Positions 20,593 to 32,713 of a DNA stretch of 64,000 nucleotides are shown here, piece by piece. Below the pieces are notes generated by a model. That model was not told the origin of the DNA. It did no database searches and saw only the letters and a list, made by a program, of their open reading frames with translations. The stretch is from an uncultured Gemmatimonadaceae bacterium (GTDB lineage: Bacteria > Gemmatimonadota > Gemmatimonadetes > Gemmatimonadales > Gemmatimonadaceae). The DNA is taken from positions 832,001-896,000 of the forward strand of contig CAWGJO010000020.1 of the NCBI GenBank assembly GCA_963822945.1, written 5' to 3'. The stretch's first letter is position 1, and every line of letters begins with the position of its first letter. The position numbers and the translations under genes were made by a program.

Positions 20593-22698
20593 ATGACGAG
20601 ACGCAATTCGTGGGGACTGCTGGCGCTGTGCGCGGCGTTGCTCGCACCGGCCGCGGCTGCGGCGCAGGCCGCCCCGGGCGGTCCCGGTGAACAGCCGACC
20701 TGGACCGATGCCGCGAAGGACGGTATCGGGACGTCGGTGACGACCGCCTCCAAGGTGTGGTTCACGCTCCAGGGCGGCGTGCTCACCGAGGTCTACTACC
20801 CACGCGTGGACATGGCCGACGTGCACGGGCTGCAGTTCGCGGTGAGCGACGGCCGGCACGTCTGGATCGAGTCGCGCGACATGAAGCACCGCATCACGCG
20901 GATCGACGGCCAGGCGCTGCTGTTCCGGCAGACGAGCACCGATTCGGCGGGCCGGTTCACGATCACCAAGACGTACACCACCGATCCGGCGCACAACACG
21001 TTGCTCATCGACGTGACCTTCTCCGGGCCCGCGGGCGACGCGCTGTACGCGATCTACGAACCGGCGCTCGGCAACGCGGGCTACGGCAACAGCGCCGCCA
21101 CGGAGAACGGAGCGCTGGTGACGTCGAAGGACACGCTGGCCTCGGCGCTCATTGCCAGTGGCGGATTCAGCGAGACGTCGAACGGGTACGCGGGGGTGAA
21201 CGACGCCTACACCGACCTGCTGCTGCACCGCCGGCTGAACTGGCACTACACGAGCGCGGGCGACGGGCACGTGGTGCAGGTGGGACGGATCGCGCACCCC
21301 GGGCACTTCACGCTGGCCCTCGGGTTCGGGAGCACCACGGCCTCGGCGTTGGCGGAGGCGCGGGCCGGAATGGCCACGGGGTTCGCCGCGGCCAGCCGGT
21401 CGTATGCGGAGGGATGGCATCGCTACGTGGCCGGACTGCACCACGTCCAGCCGGCGTACGAGAAGGAGTTCCAGCTTGCGGCGATGGTCGTGCGGGCGCA
21501 CGAGGACAAGACGTACCGCGGCGCGATCATCGCCTCGATGAGCATTCCTTGGGGCTACGCGGTCCCGGCGGACAAGCCGACCGTGGGCGGCTACCACCTG
21601 GTGTGGGCGCGCGACCTGTACGAGGCGGCGACCTCGCTCATGGTGGCCGGCGACACGGCCACGGCGCGGCGCGCGGCGCGCTACCTGTTCGACGTACAAC
21701 AGGAGAAGGACGGCCGATTCCCGCAGAACAGCTGGCTGGACGGGAAGCCGTACTGGACGGGCATCCAGATGGACGAGCAGTCGTATCCCATCGTGCTGGC
21801 CTGGCAGCTCGGGCTCACCGACCACGACACGTGGGAAAAGCACATCCGCCCGGCGGCCGAGTTCGTGCTGGCGCACGGTCCGGCCACGGAGCAGGAGCGG
21901 TGGGAGGAAGTGCCGGGCTATTCGCCGTCCACCATCGCGGCCGAGATCGCGGGGCTGGTGTGCGCGTCGGAGATCGCCAAGCAGAACGGCGCCTCCGACG
22001 ACGCGGCCCGGTACATGAAGACGGCCGACGACTGGGCGGCGCACGTGGAGTCGTGGATGGTGACCACGACGGGCCACCTGAAGGGCGGCAAGCCGGGGAT
22101 GGGCTACTACATGCGCATCGACAACAACACCGATCCCAACGACGGTTATCAGTTGGACACGCGCAACGGGAGCGGAGTGCACGACGAGCGCGACGTGGTG
22201 GACCAGGGTTTCATCGAGCTGGTGCGCATGGGCATCCGTCCGGCCGACGACCCGACGATCGTGAACTCGCTCAAGGTCATCGACGCGACGATTCGCGTGC
22301 AGACGCCCAACGGGCCGGACTTCTACCGCTACAACCACGACGGATACGGCGAGACGTACTTCGGCGGTCCCTGGCTGGGTGAGGGCAAGGGCCGCTTGTG
22401 GCCGATCTTCGCCGGCGAGCGCGGCGAGTACGAGATCGCCGCGGGCGCGAACCCGGCTCCCTATCTGCAGGCGATGCTCGACTTCGCCAACGACGGGGGC
22501 ATGATCCCCGAACAGGTGTGGGACCGGGCCAACCCCACCCGCGTGCACTTCGTGTTCGGTCAGGGCACGGGAAGCGCCACGCCGCTGGTGTGGAGCATGG
22601 GCGAGTTCATGCGGCTGGCCATGGACGCGCAGGCCAAGCGGGTGCTCGAGCAGCCGGCGATCGTCGCCGAGCACTTCCTGCACGCCGCCAAACGCTGA
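20593..22698 (+). CDS. GH15 glucoamylase/glucodextranase-like
   Basis: GGAG RBS, signal peptide, KVWFTLQGGVLTEVYYP, GGYHLVWARD, QERWEE, MIPEQVW, SATPLVW. Confidence 0.93.
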   Translation: MTRRNSWGLLALCAALLAPAAAAAQAAPGGPGEQPTWTDAAKDGIGTSVTTASKVWFTLQGGVLTEVYYPRVDMADVHGLQFAVSDGRHVWIESRDMKHRITRIDGQALLFRQTSTDSAGRFTITKTYTTDPAHNTLLIDVTFSGPAGDALYAIYEPALGNAGYGNSAATENGALVTSKDTLASALIASGGFSETSNGYAGVNDAYTDLLLHRRLNWHYTSAGDGHVVQVGRIAHPGHFTLALGFGSTTASALAEARAGMATGFAAASRSYAEGWHRYVAGLHHVQPAYEKEFQLAAMVVRAHEDKTYRGAIIASMSIPWGYAVPADKPTVGGYHLVWARDLYEAATSLMVAGDTATARRAARYLFDVQQEKDGRFPQNSWLDGKPYWTGIQMDEQSYPIVLAWQLGLTDHDTWEKHIRPAAEFVLAHGPATEQERWEEVPGYSPSTIAAEIAGLVCASEIAKQNGASDDAARYMKTADDWAAHVESWMVTTTGHLKGGKPGMGYYMRIDNNTDPNDGYQLDTRNGSGVHDERDVVDQGFIELVRMGIRPADDPTIVNSLKVIDATIRVQTPNGPDFYRYNHDGYGETYFGGPWLGEGKGRLWPIFAGERGEYEIAAGANPAPYLQAMLDFANDGGMIPEQVWDRANPTRVHFVFGQGTGSATPLVWSMGEFMRLAMDAQAKRVLEQPAIVAEHFLHAAKR

Positions 22699-22715
22699 TT
22701 CCAGGGAGAACGATC

Positions 22716-25202
22716 ATGCGCCGGCTGTTCCGCGGTCTCGTTCTCGCACTCGGCGCAGCCGCGCTCGGTCTCGGCGGCGCGCCGTCGAGGGCGGCGGCGC
22801 AGCGGGAGCGGCTGTCCATGGATCCCGGCTGGCGGTTCACGCTGGGCGACCCGGCGGGCGCCGAGCGGGTCCGGTTCGACGATCACGCGTGGCGCCGCGT
22901 GGATCTGCCGCACGACTGGAGTATCGAGGGCACGCCGACGGAGAACGCACCGGCGGGCGGCCGCGGCGCCTATCTGCCGACGGGCATCGGCTGGTACCGA
23001 AAGCTGTTCCGCCTGCCGGCGGGGTGGCGGGGCCACGAGGTGTGGCTGCAGTTCGACGGCATCTACATGAACAGCGACGTCTGGGTCAACGGCGTGCACG
23101 TGGGTCACCGGCCGTACGGCTACACGAGCCTGTCGTACGACGTGACGAAGGAATTGCGCGCGGGCACGAACGTGGTGGCCGTGCGCGTGGACAATTCGCT
23201 GCAGCCGAACTCCCGCTGGTACACGGGGAGCGGAATCTACCGGCACACCTGGCTCACGATGGTGGACCCGCTGCACGTGGCGCACTGGGGTGTGTACGTG
23301 ACCACGCCGTACGCGGACTCGGCGCGCGCGCTGGTGTCGGTGCGCACGCGCGTGCAGAACGACGAGCACTCCACGCGGCTCGGCACCCTTCGCACGGTGG
23401 TCGTGGACCGCGCGGGGCACGAAGTGGCGCGGGGCGACACCGCGTTCTCGCTCGCGGCGGGCGCCGCGGTGGAACTCGACCAGCGGCTGCGCGTCGAGTC
23501 GCCGATGCTCTGGTCGGTGGCGTCGCCGGCGCTCTACTCACTGCGCACCACCGTGTTGGAGGGCACGCGCGCGGTGGACACGACGGAGACCACGTTCGGC
23601 ATCCGCACCATTGAGTTCGACAAGGACCGCGGATTTCTGCTCAACGGCCAGCCGGTGAAGCTGCACGGCGTGAACGTGCACCAGAACGGGGGCGCAGTGG
23701 GCGCGGCCGTGCCGGAGCGCATCTGGGAGGCGCGGCTGGACTCGCTGAAGGCGATGGGCGTGAACGCCATCCGCACCTCGCACAACCCGCCGGCGCCCGA
23801 GTTCCTCGACCTGTGCGACCGGTTGGGGTTCCTGGTGATGGACGAGATGTACGACGAATGGACCTACGGGAAGGTGCCCTACGGCTCGCATCGCTTCTTC
23901 GCGACCTGGTCCGACAGCGACGTCACGGACTTCATCCACCGCGACCGCAACCATCCGTCGGTGGTGCTGTGGAGCGCGGGCAACGAGATCGGCGAACAGT
24001 CGACACCGGAAGGCGTGACGATCCTGAAGCGGCTGGTGGGCCTGTTCCACAGTCAGGATCCGACGCGGCCGGTGACCACCGGCAACGACCAGATCGCCGC
24101 GGATGGGCACCCTGCCCTCACGGCGTTCCTGAACGCCGAGGACGTGGTGGGCTACAACTACGTGGACCGGTGGCACGAACGGCGGGAGCTGTTCGCGGAG
24201 GAGGACCGGCACGCACATCCCGACTGGAAGATGGTGGGCACCGAGAGCGCGCCGGCCGGCAACGCGCCCGACGGCCGCTACTCGCTGGGGAGCGATTCGT
24301 CGGTGGTGCAGCCCAACTACACGTCGGGCATGCTGCGTGCGGAGCGGCTGCAGAAGTGGATCACCACGCACGACTACTTCTCCGGCGACTTCATGTGGAC
24401 CGGCCTCGACTACCTGGGCGAGGCGCGCTGGCCGAGCAAGGGCTTCGACTCCGGCGCGCTGGACATCACCGACCGCCCCAAGGATTCCTTCTACCTGTAT
24501 CAGAGTCTGTGGACCACCCGTCCCGTGTTGCACCTGTTCCCGCACTGGAACTGGCCGGGACGCGAGGGGCAGGTGATCCCGGTGCTCGCCTACACCAACT
24601 GCACGAGCGTCACGCTGTACCTCAACGGCCGCTCGCTGGGCGAGAAGCGGCTGCAGTTCCCGGCGCCGGGCACGTCGGGCGGATGGAACTCGTACGCCGG
24701 CCCGCACGTGGCGATGACGACCAACGATCTCCATCTCGAGTGGGACGTGCCGTACGAGCCCGGGGTGCTGCGCGCGGTGGGCGAACGCGACGGACACGAA
24801 GCGTGTCACGCCGAAGTCCGCACCGCGGGCGCGCCGGCGGCGGTTCGACTCGCCGCGGATCGCGATACGATAACCGCCGATCCGCGCGATGTGGGGTTGG
24901 TGCGATTCGAGATCGTGGATTCGGCGGGTACGGTGGTGCCCACGGCGGGCAACATGGTGCACGTCACGGTCACGGGGGCGGGCGGACGGATCGTGGCGTT
25001 GGACAACGGGGATCTGCTGAACCACGAGCCGTATCGCATGGACCATCGTGCGGCGTTCAACGGACGCGGGCTGGCCATCATTCGCGCGACGGCGCCCGGT
25101 GTGATGACGGTCACGATGACCGCCGCCGGGCTGAAGACGGGAACGCTCGTGCTGAACGTGGTGGCCGGGCGGCCGGAGGCGGTGGTGAAAGGATTGCGAT
25201 AG
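22716..25202 (+). CDS. GH2 glycoside hydrolase (beta-galactosidase-like)
   Basis: DLPHDWSIE, SRWYTGSGIYR, NAIRTSHNPP, RDRNHPSVVLWSAGNE, WTGLDYLGE. Confidence 0.94.
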   Translation: MRRLFRGLVLALGAAALGLGGAPSRAAAQRERLSMDPGWRFTLGDPAGAERVRFDDHAWRRVDLPHDWSIEGTPTENAPAGGRGAYLPTGIGWYRKLFRLPAGWRGHEVWLQFDGIYMNSDVWVNGVHVGHRPYGYTSLSYDVTKELRAGTNVVAVRVDNSLQPNSRWYTGSGIYRHTWLTMVDPLHVAHWGVYVTTPYADSARALVSVRTRVQNDEHSTRLGTLRTVVVDRAGHEVARGDTAFSLAAGAAVELDQRLRVESPMLWSVASPALYSLRTTVLEGTRAVDTTETTFGIRTIEFDKDRGFLLNGQPVKLHGVNVHQNGGAVGAAVPERIWEARLDSLKAMGVNAIRTSHNPPAPEFLDLCDRLGFLVMDEMYDEWTYGKVPYGSHRFFATWSDSDVTDFIHRDRNHPSVVLWSAGNEIGEQSTPEGVTILKRLVGLFHSQDPTRPVTTGNDQIAADGHPALTAFLNAEDVVGYNYVDRWHERRELFAEEDRHAHPDWKMVGTESAPAGNAPDGRYSLGSDSSVVQPNYTSGMLRAERLQKWITTHDYFSGDFMWTGLDYLGEARWPSKGFDSGALDITDRPKDSFYLYQSLWTTRPVLHLFPHWNWPGREGQVIPVLAYTNCTSVTLYLNGRSLGEKRLQFPAPGTSGGWNSYAGPHVAMTTNDLHLEWDVPYEPGVLRAVGERDGHEACHAEVRTAGAPAAVRLAADRDTITADPRDVGLVRFEIVDSAGTVVPTAGNMVHVTVTGAGGRIVALDNGDLLNHEPYRMDHRAAFNGRGLAIIRATAPGVMTVTMTAAGLKTGTLVLNVVAGRPEAVVKGLR

Positions 25203-25376
25203 GACTGCAGTGTCCGCACCGTCGTCTGCAGTTTTCGCACGGCGATGCCGCGAAACCGGGTGCTGCAACCAAAACTCGATTGCTCTCGTATTAACAGCAC
25301 AGAGGCTTGCACCGTCCACCGGGCAAACCCAATGAGGCACCGCGGTGTCTCACCGAAAGAGCAACCGAGTTTTCAG

Positions 25377-26354
25377 ATGACTGAACAACTGGCCGCACAC
25401 CCCGAACTTCTGCCCGACGTCGATTCCCAAGTGGAACGGCGGCGGTTGGAAGCGGGCGTCAACGGCCAGTATCAGGTGGTCCGTGAACTGGGGCGCGGCG
25501 GGATGGGCGTCGTGTTCCTGGCGCGCGACGTCGCCCTGCACCGCACGGTGGCGATCAAGGTGCTGCGGCACGAGTTCGTGGATTCCGAAGATCACCGCGA
25601 GCGCTTCCGCCGCGAGGCGCGCCTGACGGCGCGGCTCAGCCACCCCGGCATCGTCCCGGTCTACACGCTCGGTGAACACCACGAGCTGGTGTACATCGTC
25701 ATGCAGTACGTGCAGGGGGCGTCGCTCGCCGACCGGCTGCGGACGGGCTCGAGGCTGCCGGCGGATCAGGCGGCGCAGGTGCTGTACGACCTGGCCGAGG
25801 CGCTGGACTACGCGCACCGCGAAGGGATGCTGCATCGCGATCTGAAAGCCGAGAACGTCCTGATCGAGCGGAGCACGGGGCGGGCGCGGCTCACCGACTT
25901 CGGGGTGGCCAAGCTGCGCGACGCGAGCCCCGACGAATGGGAGCGGGCGCATACGTTCGGGACGCCGCACTACATGTCGCCCGAGCAGGCGGCGGGCGAA
26001 GCGGACCTCGACGGCCGCAGCGACATCTATTCACTCGGCGTCCTCGGCTACCTGATGCTCTCGGGCAACCTTCCCTTCCACGGCAGCAGCTTCGCGGCGC
26101 TGGCGGCGCAGCACATCGTGCGCACGCCGCCTCCGCTCGGCGAACTCGCGCCCGACGCGCCGGAAGTCCTGGTGCGGGCGGTGGAGCGGTGCATGGCCAA
26201 GGAGCGGGACGACCGCTGGAAGACGGCGGCGGAGTTCGCGGACGCGCTAACCGGCAATATCGTACGAAAGAGGTTTCGTGGTGCGATCGGTCCGAGCGGA
26301 TGGGTGAAGGTCGTGGCGGGACTGGCAGCGGCGGCGGCGTTGTTCGGGCGGTAA
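25377..26354 (+). CDS. Hanks-type Ser/Thr protein kinase
   Basis: LGRGGMGVV, VAIK, HRDLKAEN, DFG, GTPHYMSPE, SDIYSLG; short hydrophobic C-tail. Confidence 0.95.
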   Translation: MTEQLAAHPELLPDVDSQVERRRLEAGVNGQYQVVRELGRGGMGVVFLARDVALHRTVAIKVLRHEFVDSEDHRERFRREARLTARLSHPGIVPVYTLGEHHELVYIVMQYVQGASLADRLRTGSRLPADQAAQVLYDLAEALDYAHREGMLHRDLKAENVLIERSTGRARLTDFGVAKLRDASPDEWERAHTFGTPHYMSPEQAAGEADLDGRSDIYSLGVLGYLMLSGNLPFHGSSFAALAAQHIVRTPPPLGELAPDAPEVLVRAVERCMAKERDDRWKTAAEFADALTGNIVRKRFRGAIGPSGWVKVVAGLAAAAALFGR

Positions 26355-26483
26355 GTTCGCTTAGTAACTGATGTGCCGTAAATAGACGGGTATGTGCTTG
26401 CGCATACCCGTTCTTCTTTTCGCTGACTGCTGCCCCATGCTCGCTGCCCGCTGCCTGCCAATTGACTTCCCTCTCCCGACTGG

Positions 26484-26510
26484 TCAATATACCCCCATGG
26501 GGTATGTTGA
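26484..26510. promoter_or_regulatory. CsoR-type operator upstream of copA
   Basis: TCAATATACCCC-CAT-GGGGTATGTTGA, an AT-flanked C/G-tract inverted repeat typical of CsoR sites; TTGACT at 26462. Confidence 0.8.
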
Positions 26511-26531
26511 CGAGTCTTCAGGGGTGAAGCG

Positions 26532-28939
<2,408 letters not shown>

Positions 28940-28943
<4 letters not shown>

Positions 28944-29321
28944 GCACGGAGCACGAGAGCAACGGCAGCGCGACCGCCGTCGACGGGACGGCCACCTGCG
29001 CGTGCGGAACCGCGCACGACGCCGTCGGGTGGGCGGCATGCCGTGGCGGTGGATCCGGAGATCAAGGGCAAGAACCTCCGCCGGCTGAAACGGATCGAAG
29101 GCCAGGTGCGCGGGCTGCAGCGGATGGTCGAGGAGGAGCGGTACTGCGCGGATATCCTGACCCAGCTCTCCTCGGTGCAGGAAGCGCTGCGGGCGGTGGG
29201 GCGGGAATTGATGAGGAATCACCTGCGGCACTGCGCGGCAACGGCGATCAGAGAGAGCGACGAGCAGGCGGAGGTGATGTATGACGAGTTGATCGATTTG
29301 ATGTATAAACACATCCGATAA
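28940..29321 (+). CDS. csoR: CsoR/RcnR-family metal-sensing repressor; core 29043-29321, probable frameshift ~29030
   Basis: [28 protein letters not shown]...NHLRHC; ATG 28940 overlaps the copA stop. Confidence 0.9.
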
Positions 29322-29340
29322 GGGGCGGGACTGAGAAAGG

Positions 29341-29428
29341 GCGCAGGGCCGAAACGACGCAGGACCGGTACTGCGCAGGGCCGGTACTACGCAGGGCATG
29401 AACAGCGCAGGGCCGAAACTGCGGGGAA
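29341..29428. repeat. 5x16-bp array (RCGCAGGGCCGAAACN), copy 1
   Basis: Units start at 29341, 29357, 29373, 29389, 29405, then GCGGGGAA. Confidence 0.92.
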
Positions 29429-29485
29429 AGGGAAGACAGAAGACAGCGAGTTGGAACACCGCCTCACCGCCGCAGGGCCGAAAGG

Positions 29486-29569
29486 CGTACCGGCGTACCG
29501 ACGTAGACGTACCGACGTACCGACGCACCGACCTACCGACCTACCGACCTACCGACCTACCGACCGACT
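29486..29569. repeat. Octamer array CCGACGTA/CCGACCTA
   Basis: Directly visible, ending just before the HD-GYP start. Confidence 0.92.
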
Positions 29570-29570
29570 A

Positions 29571-30941
29571 TTGCCAGTTAGAGTAAGCCTCTCCGAAGTT
29601 CTCTCCGCGCTCTCGCATGCACTCGACCTCACGGAAGGCGCTCCGGTGGGGCACACCATGCGCTCCTGCCTCATCGGGATGCGTCTGGGTCGGGAAATGG
29701 GACTGGGCGCGGAGGACCTTTCCGCCCTCTACTACGCCCTGCTGCTCAAGGACGCCGGGTGTTCGGGCAACGCCTCGCGCATGGCGGCGCTGTTCGGGTC
29801 GGACGACAACGAGACCAAGGCCCGAATGAAGCTGGTGGACTGGCACCAGCGCGTGCGGTTGGCCGTGCACACTGCGCGCAACGTGGCGCGGGGGCAATCG
29901 TTGTTCAGGCGCGTGCGCCAGTTCCTGGTCATCGCGCGCACGGAGAACATGACGCGGGAGTTGATCACGCTGCGCTGTGAGCGCGGCGCCGCGATCGCCG
30001 GGCGACTCGGATTTCCCGAGGCCACGGCGGGGGCCATCCGGTCGCTGGACGAACACTGGTCGGGACTCGGGTACGCCGAAGGGCTGGCCGGGGAGGACAT
30101 TCCCCTTCTGGCGCGCATTGCCAACCTCGCGCAGACGGTGGAGGCCTTCCACGATGCGGAGGGGGTGGACGGCGCGATCGCCGTGGCCCGGGCGCGCAAC
30201 GGGCGGTGGTTCGACCCCGGCCTGGTGTCGATCGTCGACGGCTGGCAGCGGGACCGCGCCTGGTGGAGCGCCCTGCAGAGCGAAGACGTCACGGCACTCG
30301 TACTCGCCGAGGAGCCCGCAGACCGCGTGCGGTTCGTGGACGACGAGGGGTTGGACGAGGTGGCCCGCGCGTTCGCCGACATCATCGACGCCAAGTCGCC
30401 CTTCACCTTCGAACACTCGCGACGCGTGGCCGACTACGCCGTGGCAATGGCGCGTACGATGGGGTTCGGCGACGAGGAGATCCGGCGGCTCTACCGCGCC
30501 GGCCTGCTCCACGACATCGGAAAGCTCGGCGTGTCGAATCGCATCCTCGACAAACCGGGCGCATTGACCGGCGAGGAGCGGACTGCCATGGAACGGCATC
30601 CCGCAAACAGCCACGCCATTCTGGACCGGGTGACGGCGTTCCGCGACTTCGCCTGGACGGCAGCGCTGCACCATGAGAAGCTCGACGGCAGCGGGTACCC
30701 GTATGGCCTCACGGGCGACGCACTCGATGCGGCGGCCCGCTGTCTCACGGTGGCCGACATCTACGATGCGCTGACCACCGACCGCCCGTACCGGGCGGGG
30801 ATGGAGCGGGAGCGGGCGCTGGGGATCATCGAATCGGAGGCGGGGACGAAACTGTGCGGAGAGGCGGTTGAAGCGTTGAGACGGTGTGTAGGGGAGGTCA
30901 ACGGTCGGACTGCCGGACGGTCCGACGGTCCGACAGCCTGA
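29571..30941 (+). CDS. HD-GYP domain protein (tandem HD domains), putative cyclic-dinucleotide phosphodiesterase
   Basis: TTG start uncertain. Degenerate N-domain (LLKDAGC, DEHWSGLGYA); intact C-domain HSRRV, LLHDIGK, HHEKLDGSGYP, DALTTDRPYR. Confidence 0.9.
   Translation: MPVRVSLSEVLSALSHALDLTEGAPVGHTMRSCLIGMRLGREMGLGAEDLSALYYALLLKDAGCSGNASRMAALFGSDDNETKARMKLVDWHQRVRLAVHTARNVARGQSLFRRVRQFLVIARTENMTRELITLRCERGAAIAGRLGFPEATAGAIRSLDEHWSGLGYAEGLAGEDIPLLARIANLAQTVEAFHDAEGVDGAIAVARARNGRWFDPGLVSIVDGWQRDRAWWSALQSEDVTALVLAEEPADRVRFVDDEGLDEVARAFADIIDAKSPFTFEHSRRVADYAVAMARTMGFGDEEIRRLYRAGLLHDIGKLGVSNRILDKPGALTGEERTAMERHPANSHAILDRVTAFRDFAWTAALHHEKLDGSGYPYGLTGDALDAAARCLTVADIYDALTTDRPYRAGMERERALGIIESEAGTKLCGEAVEALRRCVGEVNGRTAGRSDGPTA
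30901..30940. repeat. Degenerate octamer array ACGGTCSG at the HD-GYP 3' end
   Basis: ACGGTCGG ACTGCCGG ACGGTCCG ACGGTCCG ACAGCCTG. Confidence 0.75.
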
Positions 30942-31011
30942 CCCCGAGGCCCGGTCTTTGCGAGCGCGCCTCTGCCGGTTCCGCCGATGGGCGCATTAGG
31001 TTGAGGCCATC

Positions 31012-32661
31012 ATGATTTCCCGATCCCTGCTCTGCATCGTCGCCGCGCTCTGCCTTTCCACTCGCGTGGCAGGCGCCCAGGCCCCCGTGATCGTGCCGAT
31101 GGGCGATCCCGCATACGGCGCCATCGATCGACTGGCCGGCGCCGGACTGGTGGACACGATGCTCACGGGGCAGCGGCCCTACACGCGCGACGAGTTCGCG
31201 GACATCGTCCGTCAGATACAGCGGAACGCTGCGGCATCCGAGCCTGGCCGGCTTGGTCCGGCTCTGCGTCGAGCGATCGACGATCTCTCGGCGCGATTCA
31301 CCGCCGGCGCGGCTGCGCCCGATTCGGCGAGTCCGCTCACCGCGCGATTCATCGACGCCATCGCGCTCATGGGGACGAGCACCAACGAGCAGCCACGTTG
31401 GGTGCCTCCCGTCAATGGAGCCGGCGGCGCGACGCACGCGTTCATCGCGCCGCTGGCGCTCGAGGCGCAGTCGGGAGGCCGAGACGTGATGCAGGGTTCC
31501 ACGGTGGCGCTGGAGAGTTGGCACCACTTCGCCATCGGCCCGCACCTGATGATCGAGGCGCATCCACGATTCCGGTTGTCCAATGACTCCTCGTTCGCCG
31601 GGGAGCACACGCTGTCGTTCCAGGAACTCTCGGCCAGCACGCAGCTTTCCAACGTGGTGGTTTCGGTGGGCAGGCAGCACCTGGAGTGGGGGCTCTCGCG
31701 GCATTCCAAGTTGTTCCTGTCGGCCAACGCGCCGGGCCTCGACATGATTCGGCTGGCGAACGACCGCCCGTGGGTTCTGCCCGGATTTCTCCGCGTGCTC
31801 GGCGCCAACTCGGCGTCCATCTTCGTGGCCGATCTCGGCCCGCGGACGTACTTCCCCCATACCAAGCTCATCGGGTACAAGTGGAGTATTCAGCCGAACG
31901 GCCGACTTCGAACTCGGGGTGAGCACGCTCAACTTCATGGGGGGCGCGGGGGCGCCCAAGGCCAACTTTCTGAAGCGCGTGGCGAGCGTGCTGTTCTTCC
32001 CCTCACTGCACACCGGGCCATTCCAGTTCTCGAACAGCATGGCCGGCCTCGAGATGCAATACCGGCTGCGAGCGCTGGCCGACGCGCAGCTCTACTGGGA
32101 AATGGATCTCGATGACTTCGACTTCAGCCGCATCACGCAGTGCGGTCGTGGCTGGACGACGGAGCCCACGTGTTCGGACTGTCCCTGCCGCGGTTGGGCG
32201 CCGGCGGCCAGTTTGCCGCGACCTTCGAGTTTCATCACACCGGATCGCGATTCAATCGTCACGCGGAGTTCCGCGACGGTCCGACGGTGGACGGCTTCCT
32301 GCTCGGCGAACCGCTGGGGCCGGACGCCGACGGGGGATACGCGTACTTCGACTGGAATGCCGCCAACGGCTCCGGCGCCACGCTCGAGCTGGCAGACGAA
32401 GCGTATCGCGACAACCAGTACGTGTCGAACGACCCCGGGAAGACGTCGCTCGTCCACATCGTCCAGTACCTCCCGCAGGAGCGGCGCCTGCGCGCCATGC
32501 TCACCGTGCACGGTCCGCAGTTGAGCCGCGGGCTGGGCGTCCGCGTTCAGGCGGGGGTGGAGCACGTGAACCGGTTCGGGTTCACGGACGGCGTCACCCG
32601 CAACTGGGCGCTGCTCAACCTGGTGCTCAACTACCGCTTCGGGGCGACTGGCGGATTCTGA
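31012..32661 (+). CDS. Capsule assembly Wzi-family outer membrane protein; frameshifts ~31918 and ~32140
   Basis: Signal peptide; GQRPYTR, VGRQHLEWG, LFLSANAPGLDMIRL, SNSMAG, LYWE, LGEPLGPDA across three frames. Confidence 0.75.
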
Positions 32662-32713
32662 GTTCCGACGACAGGTTCTCCGTTCCCACCTGTCCCACAG
32701 GAGCTGTTCCCGC

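Noticed and set aside
18841..22698. 1285-aa GH13-GH15 fusion
   Set aside because: Artefact of the ~18980 indel; GH15 has its own RBS, ATG (20593) and signal peptide.
25315..25365. c-di-GMP-I riboswitch (GGGCAAACC...GAAA)
   Set aside because: Lacks the downstream GACGCAAAG core and P2/P3 layout.
29341..29428. CRISPR array
   Set aside because: 16-bp period, no unique spacers, no cas genes.
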